IMG/VR virus record: IMGVR_UViG_3300033150_001569
Location: 1 to 64,000 of that record
DNA from: a virus
Direction: 5' to 3' (one strand)
DNA: 64,000 bases
A model generated the notes under the pieces. That model worked only from the letters and a program-made list of their open reading frames with translations. It was not told the DNA's origin and made no database searches. Position numbers and translations under genes: made by a program. Below are positions 1-9,432 of this stretch, in pieces. How positions within the stretch are numbered: the first letter of the stretch is position 1; each line of letters starts with the position of its first letter.

Positions 1-715
1 GAATATTTCCTAAAGGTAATACTAAAGTAAGAGTTAAATTAATTGATTTTGTAGTAGAAGTTAATAGGAATGATGGTAAAGGTAGAGTTTGGGGATTTGA
101 GGTAATATAAAATAGATAGATTTCCAAAATATAAATAGGTATAAATATGTCTCATAAAATAATTTTATTTGATGGTGAAAATACACAATTAGTAATGCGT
201 AATGAAGATAATGGATATATTTCTTTAGAAATGAAGGATGAAAATACAAAAAATCATCCAATTATATTTCTTAAATCTAAAGAAGTAAGACAGGCAATTC
301 ATGCACTATCTATTTTAAAACAAGCTAAAAAAGAGAAGAAAAATGAAACAATATCCAATTGAAAAATATTGTGATAATAAAGTTAGTAATTTTGAAAATA
401 TATTTGGTAATAGATATAATTATTTTAAATTTATTACTCAATTTCAAGATTATCTTAATACTAATGGAAAATTAGTTAGACCAAATGAAATTATTAATTA
501 TTTTAGTTATATGAAATTTAAATCTAGAATAATAGAAAAACCATTAAAGTTAATTATTCAGATAGATGAGAAGAAAGATATTTGTCAATTAATATATGAA
601 GATTTAAAAGAACGTATTTCAATTGGTATATATCTAATTGTAAAAAGAATGAATATATTTTGGAGAATATTTCAAAAAGAAAAAGTAATTTACAAGTCTT
701 TGATAGGAGATTAAA

Positions 716-1153
716 ATGATTATTAAAAATTTATTAATTACTATTTTTTTAATATTTATTGGATGTTCAAATAATAATTTAAATAATAAAAGTAATGAAT
801 ATTTTAACTGTGTTGAAAAAGAAATTAATTTTGAAAATATAATTATAGATAAAGCTGCAATATATTGCAGAGCACCGATTGGAATAATAAAAGATAAATA
901 TATTAAACTTGGAAATTATAAAGAAGATTTGTTATATCCTGAATTAGTCGATAAGGTTTTGGATTGTATTAAGAAAGTTGATAATGAGCAAAAAAGAAGA
1001 AATAAATTAATAATAAAATTAAATAAAAAATTTAAAAAAGATAAAATTGTAGTATATTCACCAACTATAGACCAACTAAGAGAATGTAAAACAGAAATTT
1101 TAAGGTGTGTTAGAATGAACGCTAAGAAAAGATTTACTTGTATAAAAAGATAA
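716..1153 (+). CDS. putative lipoprotein
   Basis: N-terminal basic + hydrophobic stretch ending in a lipobox-like IFIG|C. Confidence 0.4.
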   Translation: MIIKNLLITIFLIFIGCSNNNLNNKSNEYFNCVEKEINFENIIIDKAAIYCRAPIGIIKDKYIKLGNYKEDLLYPELVDKVLDCIKKVDNEQKRRNKLIIKLNKKFKKDKIVVYSPTIDQLRECKTEILRCVRMNAKKRFTCIKR

Positions 1154-1745
1154 AAATTAAAGAAATGAGTTTATAAATGAGTTTGGTAAATGATGATATT
1201 AAAGAAATATGGTTTAAAGCTAATAAACATTTATATGAAAAATTCCCTGTTAAAGGTGGAGTTGATTTTGGTGAAAAAATTTTAATAAAAGATTTAATAA
1301 GTGGATTAAAAAATTAATTGATAGTAATGCTTCTAATGATGAATTATGTGATTATATTGATAGAGAATTTTTATTTGGTTCATGGGGAGAAGAAACTAAA
1401 TATATGCATCCTAAATTTTTAAGAGATATAAGAGGATTTATTATAAGTATGTATAAAAAGAAGTAATAAACTTATGATTAATTATACAGATTATGATTAT
1501 GAATGTGGTTGTAAAAAAAGTCATCCTAAAAATTATATATTAAGTTTTGATTTTGATGGAACTATTTGCGATAAATGTAAAAAACCAGTTTTTATTAAGA
1601 AAAAAGAAAATAATAAATACTTTAATCCTATGAATGTTGATGCAAATTAATTTGGTTGGTTTGAAGATTATAAAGGAAGAATTAAATTAGATAAAAAATT
1701 TAAAATTCTTAATAAATTAAAAAATAAATATCAAGGAGTAATAAA

Positions 1746-2288
1746 ATGAATAATGATAAATTATTAATAATTGTAGATGTTCAGTCAGATTTTCTTATGC
1801 CAGATGGAAAATTAACAATAAAAAATGGTTGTAATGAAGAATATAGAAAAGTTATAGGAGATTTTGCTAAAAAATTTGATGGTAGAATAATCTGTACTTA
1901 TGATACTCATAATCCAGATGATTGTGAATTTAAAACTTTTCCAGAACATTGTATAATTGGAACTGAAGGACATGATTTAATTCCAGAATTAAAAGGAATT
2001 GTTCATATTCCAATTTATAAAAAAAGTTATTCTGGAACAGTTGTATGGAGTAGATTAATACAAGAATTTCCAAATATTGCTGAAAAAGAAATTTATATTA
2101 CAGGAGTAGTATGTTCAATTTGCTTACATGATATTGTTGCAACTATAGTAAATAATAGTAAGGAATTTTATAATAAGATTCCTAAAATTATTATTTCTAA
2201 AAAATTAGTTGATGATATTGATGATAAACAAGAAGAATATGCTTTAAATCGAATGAAAACATTATATGGAGTAACAATTGTTGATTAA
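1746..2288 (+). CDS. pncA: nicotinamidase (isochorismatase-like cysteine hydrolase)
   Basis: IIVDVQSDF..G.L, DTH, FPEHC..GT.G, catalytic K (KKSYS) and C (GVVCSICL); RBS AAGGAG; next to pncB. Confidence 0.85.
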   Translation: MNNDKLLIIVDVQSDFLMPDGKLTIKNGCNEEYRKVIGDFAKKFDGRIICTYDTHNPDDCEFKTFPEHCIIGTEGHDLIPELKGIVHIPIYKKSYSGTVVWSRLIQEFPNIAEKEIYITGVVCSICLHDIVATIVNNSKEFYNKIPKIIISKKLVDDIDDKQEEYALNRMKTLYGVTIVD

Positions 2289-2462
2289 TAATAAAGAAGA
2301 ATTAATTAAAAAATTTGGAAAACATGATGGTAAAGATGAAGATAGATTTATAGAAGTTTGTAGAATTAAAAATAAGTGAAAATGCATTGAGAATAAGAAT
2401 AAATAAATTAAAATGGTCAATTAAAAAAGCTTTTGAAACTAAATTAAAAAAAAGGTAAATAT

Positions 2463-3629
2463 ATGTCAATAATTATTTCATTATTAGATACTGATTTTTA
2501 TATTTTTACTATGCAGAATTTAATATTTCATAGATTTCCATCTATTGAAGTTAAATATGAATTTAAATGTAGAAATAATATTAATCTTCTTCCTTATAAG
2601 AAAGAAATTGAAGAAGAAATAGATAATTTATGTAATTTAAAATTTAAAGATGATGAATTAAAATATCTATCTAAAATTAAATTTCTTTCCAAAGGTTATA
2701 TTAATTTTCTAGAAGATTTTACATTAAAAAGAAGATTTGTAAATGTTTATGAAAAAGATGGTCAATTAGCAATTAAAATAAAAGGTCCAAATGTTCAAGT
2801 AATGATGTTTGAAGTTCCTATTCTTGCTATTGTTAATGAAGTTTATTTTAGACATCAAATTAATAAAATTAATTATACTGATTGTATTAATAAATTAAAT
2901 GATAAAATAAATTTAATTAAAAATTCTAATTTAGAATTACAATTTCAATTTGCAGATTTTGGTACTAGAAGAAGATTTAGTAGAGATTGGCATGATTATA
3001 TTATTAAAAGACTAAAACAAGAAATTCCTAATAATTTTATAGGAACATCAAATTGTTATTTTTCTAAAAATTTTAATATAAAACAAATTGGAACTATGTC
3101 ACATTCTTATTTTCAGCTTGGTCAAGGTTTAGAAAATACTAGATTAGAAGATAGTCAGAAATATATGTTACAACAATGGGCTTATGAATATAGAGGAAAT
3201 CTTGGAATAGCATTAACTGATACAATTGGAATAGATGTTTTTCTAAGAGATTTTGATTTATATTTTGCAAAATTATTTTCAGGCGTGAGACATGATAGTG
3301 GTGATGCATATGAATTTGGAGATAAAGTGATTAAACATTATTATAATTTGAATATTGATCCAATGACTAAGACAATAGTTTTTAGTGATGGTTTAGATTT
3401 TCATAAAGCAATTGATTTATGTAGATATTTTAATGGAAGAATTAATACATCATTTGGAATTGGAACTAATCTTACAAATGATACTGGTTTAGAACCATTA
3501 CAAATAGTAATTAAAATGACTAGTTGTAATTATAAACCAGTAGCTAAGATTAGTGATTCTCCTGGTAAGATAATGTGTAAAGATGAAGAATTTTTAAATT
3601 ATTTAAAGAAAGTTTATGGAGTAAAATAA
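2463..3629 (+). CDS. pncB: nicotinate phosphoribosyltransferase
   Basis: LLDTDFY, DFGTRRRFS, GTSN, GTMSH (phospho-His site), RHDSGD, FSDGL, GIGT, KISDSPGK motifs. Confidence 0.95.
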   Translation: MSIIISLLDTDFYIFTMQNLIFHRFPSIEVKYEFKCRNNINLLPYKKEIEEEIDNLCNLKFKDDELKYLSKIKFLSKGYINFLEDFTLKRRFVNVYEKDGQLAIKIKGPNVQVMMFEVPILAIVNEVYFRHQINKINYTDCINKLNDKINLIKNSNLELQFQFADFGTRRRFSRDWHDYIIKRLKQEIPNNFIGTSNCYFSKNFNIKQIGTMSHSYFQLGQGLENTRLEDSQKYMLQQWAYEYRGNLGIALTDTIGIDVFLRDFDLYFAKLFSGVRHDSGDAYEFGDKVIKHYYNLNIDPMTKTIVFSDGLDFHKAIDLCRYFNGRINTSFGIGTNLTNDTGLEPLQIVIKMTSCNYKPVAKISDSPGKIMCKDEEFLNYLKKVYGVK

Positions 3630-3851
3630 AATGAAAAATAAAAATTATTGTTGTGATGAATTTAAAAATTTTCAAAATGGTTTGAAAATGATTATATTAG
3701 TAATTGTTCTGGCGATATAGATTATATTTGTGTTGATTATGATGAAGATGAAAAAATTTTAAGATTTAAAGAAGGAGATCAAGATATTCCTAGTATTATA
3801 TTTAGATATTGTCCTTGTTGTGGACAAAAATTATAAAAGGAGAAAAATAAA

Positions 3852-4700
3852 ATGATTAAAGATATTTCAAAATTGTTAGATAAAGTTTATCATGAAATTA
3901 AATTTAATGCTGATATGGTTTGTTGTGGAATGTCAGGAGGAATCGACTCTACTCTTTGTGCTATTCTTTGTCGAGAAGCAATTGGAAAAGAAAATGTGAT
4001 TGGTGTTCATATGCCTTATTCTCAAAAAGATGTTGATACTTTTAATAATGATTCTCATAAAATTGCATCTTATCTTGGAATAAATTCAACAGATAATATT
4101 TTAATTTATAAACTTGTAGAACTTATGAATTGGAAAATTCATTATGATGGTTGTTTTAGTTTAGGTGAAAAATATAAACCAAAATTAACTGATGTTAATA
4201 TAGGAAATAGTAAAGCTAGAATTAGAATGTGTATATTATATGGAATAACACATCATCTTGAAACTGTTACTAAGAAAAGAGTTAGAGTTATTAATACATG
4301 TAATTTAAGTGAAAATTTTATTGGATATGAAAGTAAATTTGGAGATGGTGCAGGAGATTTTAGTATTATAGGTGATCTTTATAAAAGTGAAGTTTATCAA
4401 TTAGCTGATTATTTTAAAGAACAAAATATTATTATAGAAGAGATGATTAATCGCATACCATCTGCTGGATTGGAAGATGGACAAACTGATGAAGGTGATT
4501 TTGGATTTACTTATGATGATCTTGAAAAGTCAATAAGAGAAATAAAAGAAAAAGATTATAATTATATGGATTTAGTTTTAAGAGGTGGAAGGAATGTTAA
4601 TATTTCACCTATTACTAAAAAAGTAATTAGTATGTATGAACGTAATAAACATAAAAATTTAAATATTCCTACAGTTTCTCTTCGTGAATTTTGTGAATAA
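3852..4700 (+). CDS. nadE: NH3-dependent NAD+ synthetase
   Basis: GMSGGIDS PP-loop, NSKARIRM, IGYESKFGDG, DLYKSEVY, PSAGL..GQTDE; no glutaminase domain. Confidence 0.92.
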   Translation: MIKDISKLLDKVYHEIKFNADMVCCGMSGGIDSTLCAILCREAIGKENVIGVHMPYSQKDVDTFNNDSHKIASYLGINSTDNILIYKLVELMNWKIHYDGCFSLGEKYKPKLTDVNIGNSKARIRMCILYGITHHLETVTKKRVRVINTCNLSENFIGYESKFGDGAGDFSIIGDLYKSEVYQLADYFKEQNIIIEEMINRIPSAGLEDGQTDEGDFGFTYDDLEKSIREIKEKDYNYMDLVLRGGRNVNISPITKKVISMYERNKHKNLNIPTVSLREFCE

Positions 4701-4744
4701 AATCAATATTTTATAATATATAATTTAAAAATTTAAATAAAATC

Positions 4745-4778
4745 TTGACATTAAAAGAAAAATAACCTTTAATAAAAT
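4745..4778 (+). promoter_or_regulatory. sigma70-like promoter
   Basis: TTGACA at 4745 with TTTAAT 17 bp downstream, in an intergenic gap. Confidence 0.55.
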
Positions 4779-4811
4779 GTATTTTATTAAAGGTTATTGT
4801 ATAAATATAAT

Positions 4812-5534
4812 ATGAAGAAAATATGTCATATTACTGATACTCATGCAGGATATTATCCTAAAACTAATAAAAAAATAAGAAAGATGTATAATAAATTCAT
4901 ACCTAAACATAATCCTGATATAATTGTTCATTCAGGTGATTTTTCTTGTAATGATCAAAGACAATTAAAATATTCATTAAGATTTTTAAGAGAAGCATTT
5001 CCTAAATTACCTATTTTAGTTGTAAAAGGTAATCATGATTATTGGCAATATTCAACTAGTTATACTTATAATGAATTAATTAATATGCATAATGAATGGT
5101 TTAAAAAATATAATATTCATTATCTTCAAGATAATCCATTTGAAATAGATAATGTTAAATTTTTTGGATTTGATGGATGGTATAGTAATCCTAGTATTGA
5201 TACAAATGATTTTAAAATGATTCCTCTTATGATAAATAATATGTATATGGATAAATATTTTCAAAAAGTAGCTGAAGATAAATTTTATAATATATTAATG
5301 AATGAAAAGAAAGAGAAGAATGTACTAGTAACTCATTTTCCTTTGTTTAGAACTAATATTGGTCAAATATATGGTGGTAATATTAAATGGATTGATTTTT
5401 TAGTTAATGATTTTGATTTATTATTATGTGGTCATTATCATAAAAATAGGGTTGATAGAAAGATGAAAAGAATGAGAATAGATATTCCTTTTGTTAATTA
5501 TGATAAACCTGATTTTAGTATAATTGAAATATAG
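4812..5534 (+). CDS. calcineurin-like metallophosphoesterase
   Basis: DTH, GD, GNHD, THF, GHYH motifs; ATG at 4812 preferred over TTG at 4797. Confidence 0.85.
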   Translation: MKKICHITDTHAGYYPKTNKKIRKMYNKFIPKHNPDIIVHSGDFSCNDQRQLKYSLRFLREAFPKLPILVVKGNHDYWQYSTSYTYNELINMHNEWFKKYNIHYLQDNPFEIDNVKFFGFDGWYSNPSIDTNDFKMIPLMINNMYMDKYFQKVAEDKFYNILMNEKKEKNVLVTHFPLFRTNIGQIYGGNIKWIDFLVNDFDLLLCGHYHKNRVDRKMKRMRIDIPFVNYDKPDFSIIEI

Positions 5535-5542
5535 GAAAATAT

Positions 5543-6043
5543 ATGTATAAATATTATGCTGGAATAGGTGCTAGAAATACTCCATTTGATATATTAATAA
5601 GAATGGATAAAATAGCAAAAGTATTATATTTAAATAAATATATATTAAGATCTGGTGGTGCTATTGGAGCAGATTCTTATTTTGAACATGGAGCAGATTT
5701 TCAACATAAAATATTTGATGTAAATTTAAGAATTAATAATTATAAAGAAATATTTCGTCCAGAACATGTAGGTGATGAAGCATTGAGAATGGCAAGTAAT
5801 TTTCATTTTGCTTGGGATAAATGCAATGATTATGTTAAAAAATTACATGGTAGAAATGTAATGATAATATTGGGTGAAGATTTAAAAACTCCATGTAAAT
5901 TTGTTATTTGTTATACTAAAAATGGTAAAGATATTGGTGGTACTGGTTTAGGTATGAGAATTGCCAAACATTATAATATACCTATTTATAATTTATATTA
6001 TAATGAAGCTTATAAAAGATTAAATGATATATTTTTAAATTAA
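5543..6043 (+). CDS. SLOG/DprA-like Rossmann-fold protein
   Basis: YAGIGARNTP, LRSGGAIGADSYFE, RN..IILG, GGTG motifs. Confidence 0.75.
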   Translation: MYKYYAGIGARNTPFDILIRMDKIAKVLYLNKYILRSGGAIGADSYFEHGADFQHKIFDVNLRINNYKEIFRPEHVGDEALRMASNFHFAWDKCNDYVKKLHGRNVMIILGEDLKTPCKFVICYTKNGKDIGGTGLGMRIAKHYNIPIYNLYYNEAYKRLNDIFLN

Positions 6044-6065
6044 TAATTAAGAATATGGAGGATAT

Positions 6066-6385
6066 ATGTTAGAAAGAGGTATATTGATACAAAGATTAAG
6101 AAAACCTAATAAAAATGGACATAATCCTTTTGCTTTTGGATGTACTGGAAATGGTGGATTTAGTGAAGAAGGATATAATTATATAACTAAATTATGCGAA
6201 TTTGATTATATGGGTGCTAGTGAATTTGAATGGGGGCAGTTCCAAAAGCTTTTAATAAAATGATTGATATTCAAAAAAAATAATTGGATTTAAAATTAAA
6301 AAGTATCCTGTTTATGTTATTTGTAATAAAAAATATAAAGATGAAATAGAAGTAAGAATTAAAAATTATGCTACAAAAAAATTAC
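6066..6385 (+). pseudogene. conserved phage hypothetical gene interrupted by the IS element
   Basis: FDYMGASEFEWG continues as AVPKAF after a G-run slip and runs into the IS left end. Confidence 0.45.
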
Positions 6386-6436
6386 AATATGAACATAAAT
6401 AAATCCGCAATCCACATGCGGTGCTTGTGGTTAGGA

Positions 6437-6835
6437 TTATTGATTTTGAATATATTTTTTAATAATTTTTAAAGGAGCACCACTAGTGGTAGAAACAAAA
6501 TATCCTGATGACCATAAAGTTTTTTTATGTTTTCCCCAATATGGAAAACTATATTTAGATTTAAGATATGATGAAGATTTTGATTTTAAAGCTCCTATAA
6601 TATTACCTAATATATCTTGTGGTGATAATTCTAATATAAAATGTATATGGTCACTTTCACCATTTATTTCACTTATTTTTACATTCATTTGGTTCGCCAT
6701 TTTTGGTAAAATATTTATAATATCATTAAGGATATATTGATGAATACATTTATATCTAAATTTAGTAATCCACACGACATGATAGCAAAGAAAATAAACA
6801 CAATGTGCCTTACTTTTAAGATTGTTATACCTCAT
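6437..6835 (-). CDS. tnpA: IS200-type Y1 HUH transposase
   Basis: YHVVWITKFRY, DHIH (HUH), LKSKSS, LWSSGYFVST, catalytic Tyr in KYIQNQ. Confidence 0.95.
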   Translation of the reverse strand: MRYNNLKSKAHCVYFLCYHVVWITKFRYKCIHQYILNDIINILPKMANQMNVKISEINGESDHIHFILELSPQDILGNIIGALKSKSSSYLKSKYSFPYWGKHKKTLWSSGYFVSTTSGAPLKIIKKYIQNQ

Positions 6836-7815
6836 AAATTTATTCCTATACTTGATAAATTATATAATAAATCATTAATTTCAGTAAATAAAATGATAAA
6901 AAATAGAACTAAATCATCATCAAAATATTATAAATCAATACCATGTGTAGTTTCAAAATCATTAATTTCTAAATATCAAAAAATAAAAAACTTAAAAGCA
7001 TTAAAAATTTAGTAATACCAATTTGTGGTGATAAAGGAAAACAAATAAAAATTGTTGATAATGGAATAAGAATTCCTGCTTTATTTAAAAAAGAAATAAT
7101 TAAAATTAATTTTCCAAAACCAATTATAGGTTTTATAAGACAAGTAGAATTTTTTAAAAGAGATAAAAAATGGTTTATGGCATATTCTTATAATGTTAAA
7201 AAAGAAAAATTATATAAAACAAAATCATTTTTAGGAATTGATAGAAATTCAGTTGATAATGTTGCTACAATTGCAAATATAAAAACTGGTAAGTTTAGAA
7301 AACTAGGACAATGTACAGCATCTATTACGAAGAATTTTAGAAATAGAAGAAGAAAACTTCAAAAGAAAGGAGCTAAAAATGTTTTAATAAAAATTAAAAG
7401 AAAACAAAATAGAATAATTAAAGATATTAATCATAAAGTATCTCGTATCATTGTTAACTATGCCAAAGAACATCGTTCTGCTTTAGTATTAGAAGATTTA
7501 GGTAAAATTAATAAATATAAATATGTTAAAAAGTCACAATGGAGTTTTTATCAATTAGAAACTTTTATTAAATATAAAGCAGCTTTGCTTGGCATACCAC
7601 TTTTATATGTTAATCCTGCTTATACAAGTCAAATTTGTAGTAAATGTGGAAGTATTAACAAAACAAATGATAAACATTATAAATGTTTAAATTGTGGATA
7701 CTTTTGTCATCGTGATGTTAATGCTGCCTTTAATATTTCAAGAAGAGGTGACAAAACAATAGGAGAAAAAGTTCCTATTGTGGGGCATATTGGTAAACCC
7801 CAAACTGGACTATAA
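6803..7815 (+). CDS. tnpB: TnpB RNA-guided nuclease (one-base slip in A-run ~6980)
   Basis: RuvC GIDRN, LVLEDL, HRDVNAAFNI; CSKC/CLNC Zn finger; N-terminus (MCLTFKI..) joins if one A is added at ~6980. Confidence 0.85.
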
Positions 7816-7991
7816 AAAAGGTTATAGAGCCAGAATCATCGGGCGGTGTCCGATGAGTATCAAAATACTTGAAAAACAATGGGAAGAGGAAGAAAAATTT
7901 AATTGGGACGAATAAAATTTGGAACAAAATAAATATAATTATGATTAAAGAGATTGGGAAGAAAGTACTGAATATGCTATCATAATAAAAC

Positions 7992-8020
7992 TTGACAATT
8001 TATATTTTTAAAGTTAATAT
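7992..8020 (+). promoter_or_regulatory. sigma70-like promoter
   Basis: TTGACA-17 bp-TAATAT. Confidence 0.55.
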
Positions 8021-8026
8021 TTAAAT

Positions 8027-8128
8027 ATCATAGTGTTTTAGGCGAATTCCTTCTAAGATTTGAAATGATAGTAACCTAAAATTTTTAGATTCTTTTTGAG
8101 GCAGAATTAGAAATAGTTCTGCCTTTTC
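8027..8128 (+). ncRNA. candidate small RNA
   Basis: ~100 nt non-coding unit between a promoter and a terminator; TTTTAGG/CCTAAAA stem. Confidence 0.4.
8099..8128 (+). terminator. intrinsic terminator
   Basis: AGGCAGAATTA-GAAA-TAGTTCTGCCT followed by T run. Confidence 0.65.
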
Positions 8129-8318
8129 TATTTAAAAAATAATGATTATTTTTATGTTTATTAAACATATTTTTTATAGTTAATGTACCTAACAAATTAT
8201 ATTTTTACACTACAATATTAGGCATAGTAATATAGTGTATTAATATTTATTTTAATAGTTTTAATTAAATTTATATTGACAAAATTAAATTTTTAAATTA
8301 TAAATTAATATCAATAAT

Positions 8319-8671
8319 ATAATTAAAACATTTAGATATAGATTATATCCTACAAAAGAACAAAAAATTTATTTAAATAAATCTTTTGGTAGTTGTAGAT
8401 TTATATATAATTATTTATTAAATTATAGAAAAGAAGAATATAAAAAAGGAAATAAAATTTCAGGTTTTGAAAGTAAAAAATTAATTTCAAAATTAAAGAA
8501 AGAAAAATATAATTGGTTAAAAGAAATAAATTCTCAATCTCTACAATCATCAGCTATAAATTTAGAAAAATCTTATCAGAGGTTTTTTAAAAAATTATCT
8601 AATTTTCCTACTTTTCATAAGAAAAATAATAAACAAGGATGCTCGGCATTTCAATGCCGAGAGGATGTCAC
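8319..8671 (+). pseudogene. internally deleted IS1341/IS605-type tnpB with retained right end
   Basis: not in track; reads IIKTFRYRLYPTKEQ..FGSCRFIYN..WLKEINSQSLQ..FPTFHKK (TnpB N-terminus), then hairpin CTCGGCATT-TC-AATGCCGAG and GGATGTCAC end. Confidence 0.8.
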
Positions 8672-8710
8672 TTTTTGTTGGTTAAATGTTCCAGAAATTT
8701 TTTGGTACAA

Positions 8711-9136
8711 TTAATTTATTTTTATTTGGAAAGATTGTTTTTCATTTTTAATTAAATTTATATTTAATATTCCATTTTTATATTCTACTTTTGTTTTATT
8801 AATATCAATATCATCATTTAATTTAAAAATTCTTTTAAATTTTCCATAAGATCTTTCTGAATAACTATTATCATTTCTTTTAATTTTCTTTTCACCTGAT
8901 AAAGTAAGATAATTATTTTTATATTCTAGTTTGATATCTTTTTTATTAATACCAGGTAATTCAGCATTAATAATTATATTTTTATCATTTTCTTCAATAT
9001 CTACTGTTGGAAAATGATTAGATGTTCCAGAAATAATTCGGTTTGGAAAATCAAAATTAAAGAATGAAAAATTATTATTTGGATTAAATAATTTTTCAAT
9101 TGTTGAATCATTAATTATTTTTGGAAATAAATTCAT
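8711..9136 (-). CDS. small heat shock protein (Hsp20/alpha-crystallin)
   Basis: PTVDIEEND, AELPGI.K.DI, LTLSGEK, ERSYGKFKR.F.L, YKNGIL; RBS GGAGG before ATG 9136. Confidence 0.92.
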   Translation of the reverse strand: MNLFPKIINDSTIEKLFNPNNNFSFFNFDFPNRIISGTSNHFPTVDIEENDKNIIINAELPGINKKDIKLEYKNNYLTLSGEKKIKRNDNSYSERSYGKFKRIFKLNDDIDINKTKVEYKNGILNINLIKNEKQSFQIKIN

Positions 9137-9186
9137 AAAACCTCCATTAATGTTAATTATGTTATAAATGTTATAAATATAATAAC

Positions 9187-9365
9187 TGTAATACAAAGTA
9201 TTGATTTGTATTACATTTTACTGTATTACATGTATTACGTTTTTAAAATACGTTTTATAAATATTAATATATGTATTGATCTGTAAAAAGTCAAGTGATA
9301 GGAAATGTACGTAAAATTAGTACAATTGTACGTTATAATAGTACAACTGTTCATTATATTGAACA
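9187..9365. repeat. arrays of short operator-like repeats
   Basis: TGTAATACA/TGTATTACA x4 (9187-9239); three ~21-bp-period palindromes TGTAC-N9-GTACA x2 and TGTTC-N8-GAACA (9306-9365). Confidence 0.7.
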
Positions 9366-9432
9366 ATATTATAAATTTAAAAATTTAAATTATAAATTGA
9401 CAAATATAATTATTTATTATATTTTTTAAATT

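Larger units (their letters stand above)
6386..7863. mobile_element. IS200/IS605-family insertion sequence (tnpA + tnpB)
   Basis: divergent tnpA/tnpB; left hairpin ~6402-6437; right hairpin ATCATCGGGC-GGT-GTCCGATGA preceded by GAAT and ending TCAA at 7863; candidate target tetramer TTAC at 6382-6385. Confidence 0.85.

Noticed and set aside
2281-2458. Intact gene between pncA and pncB
   Set aside because: Only a short frame-broken fragment resembling an HNH C-terminal helix (NALRIRINKLKWSIKKAF); treated as a relic
9320-9352. Definite LexA/SOS boxes
   Set aside because: Host unknown and the same bases fit a 21-bp palindrome array equally well; kept only as an alternative
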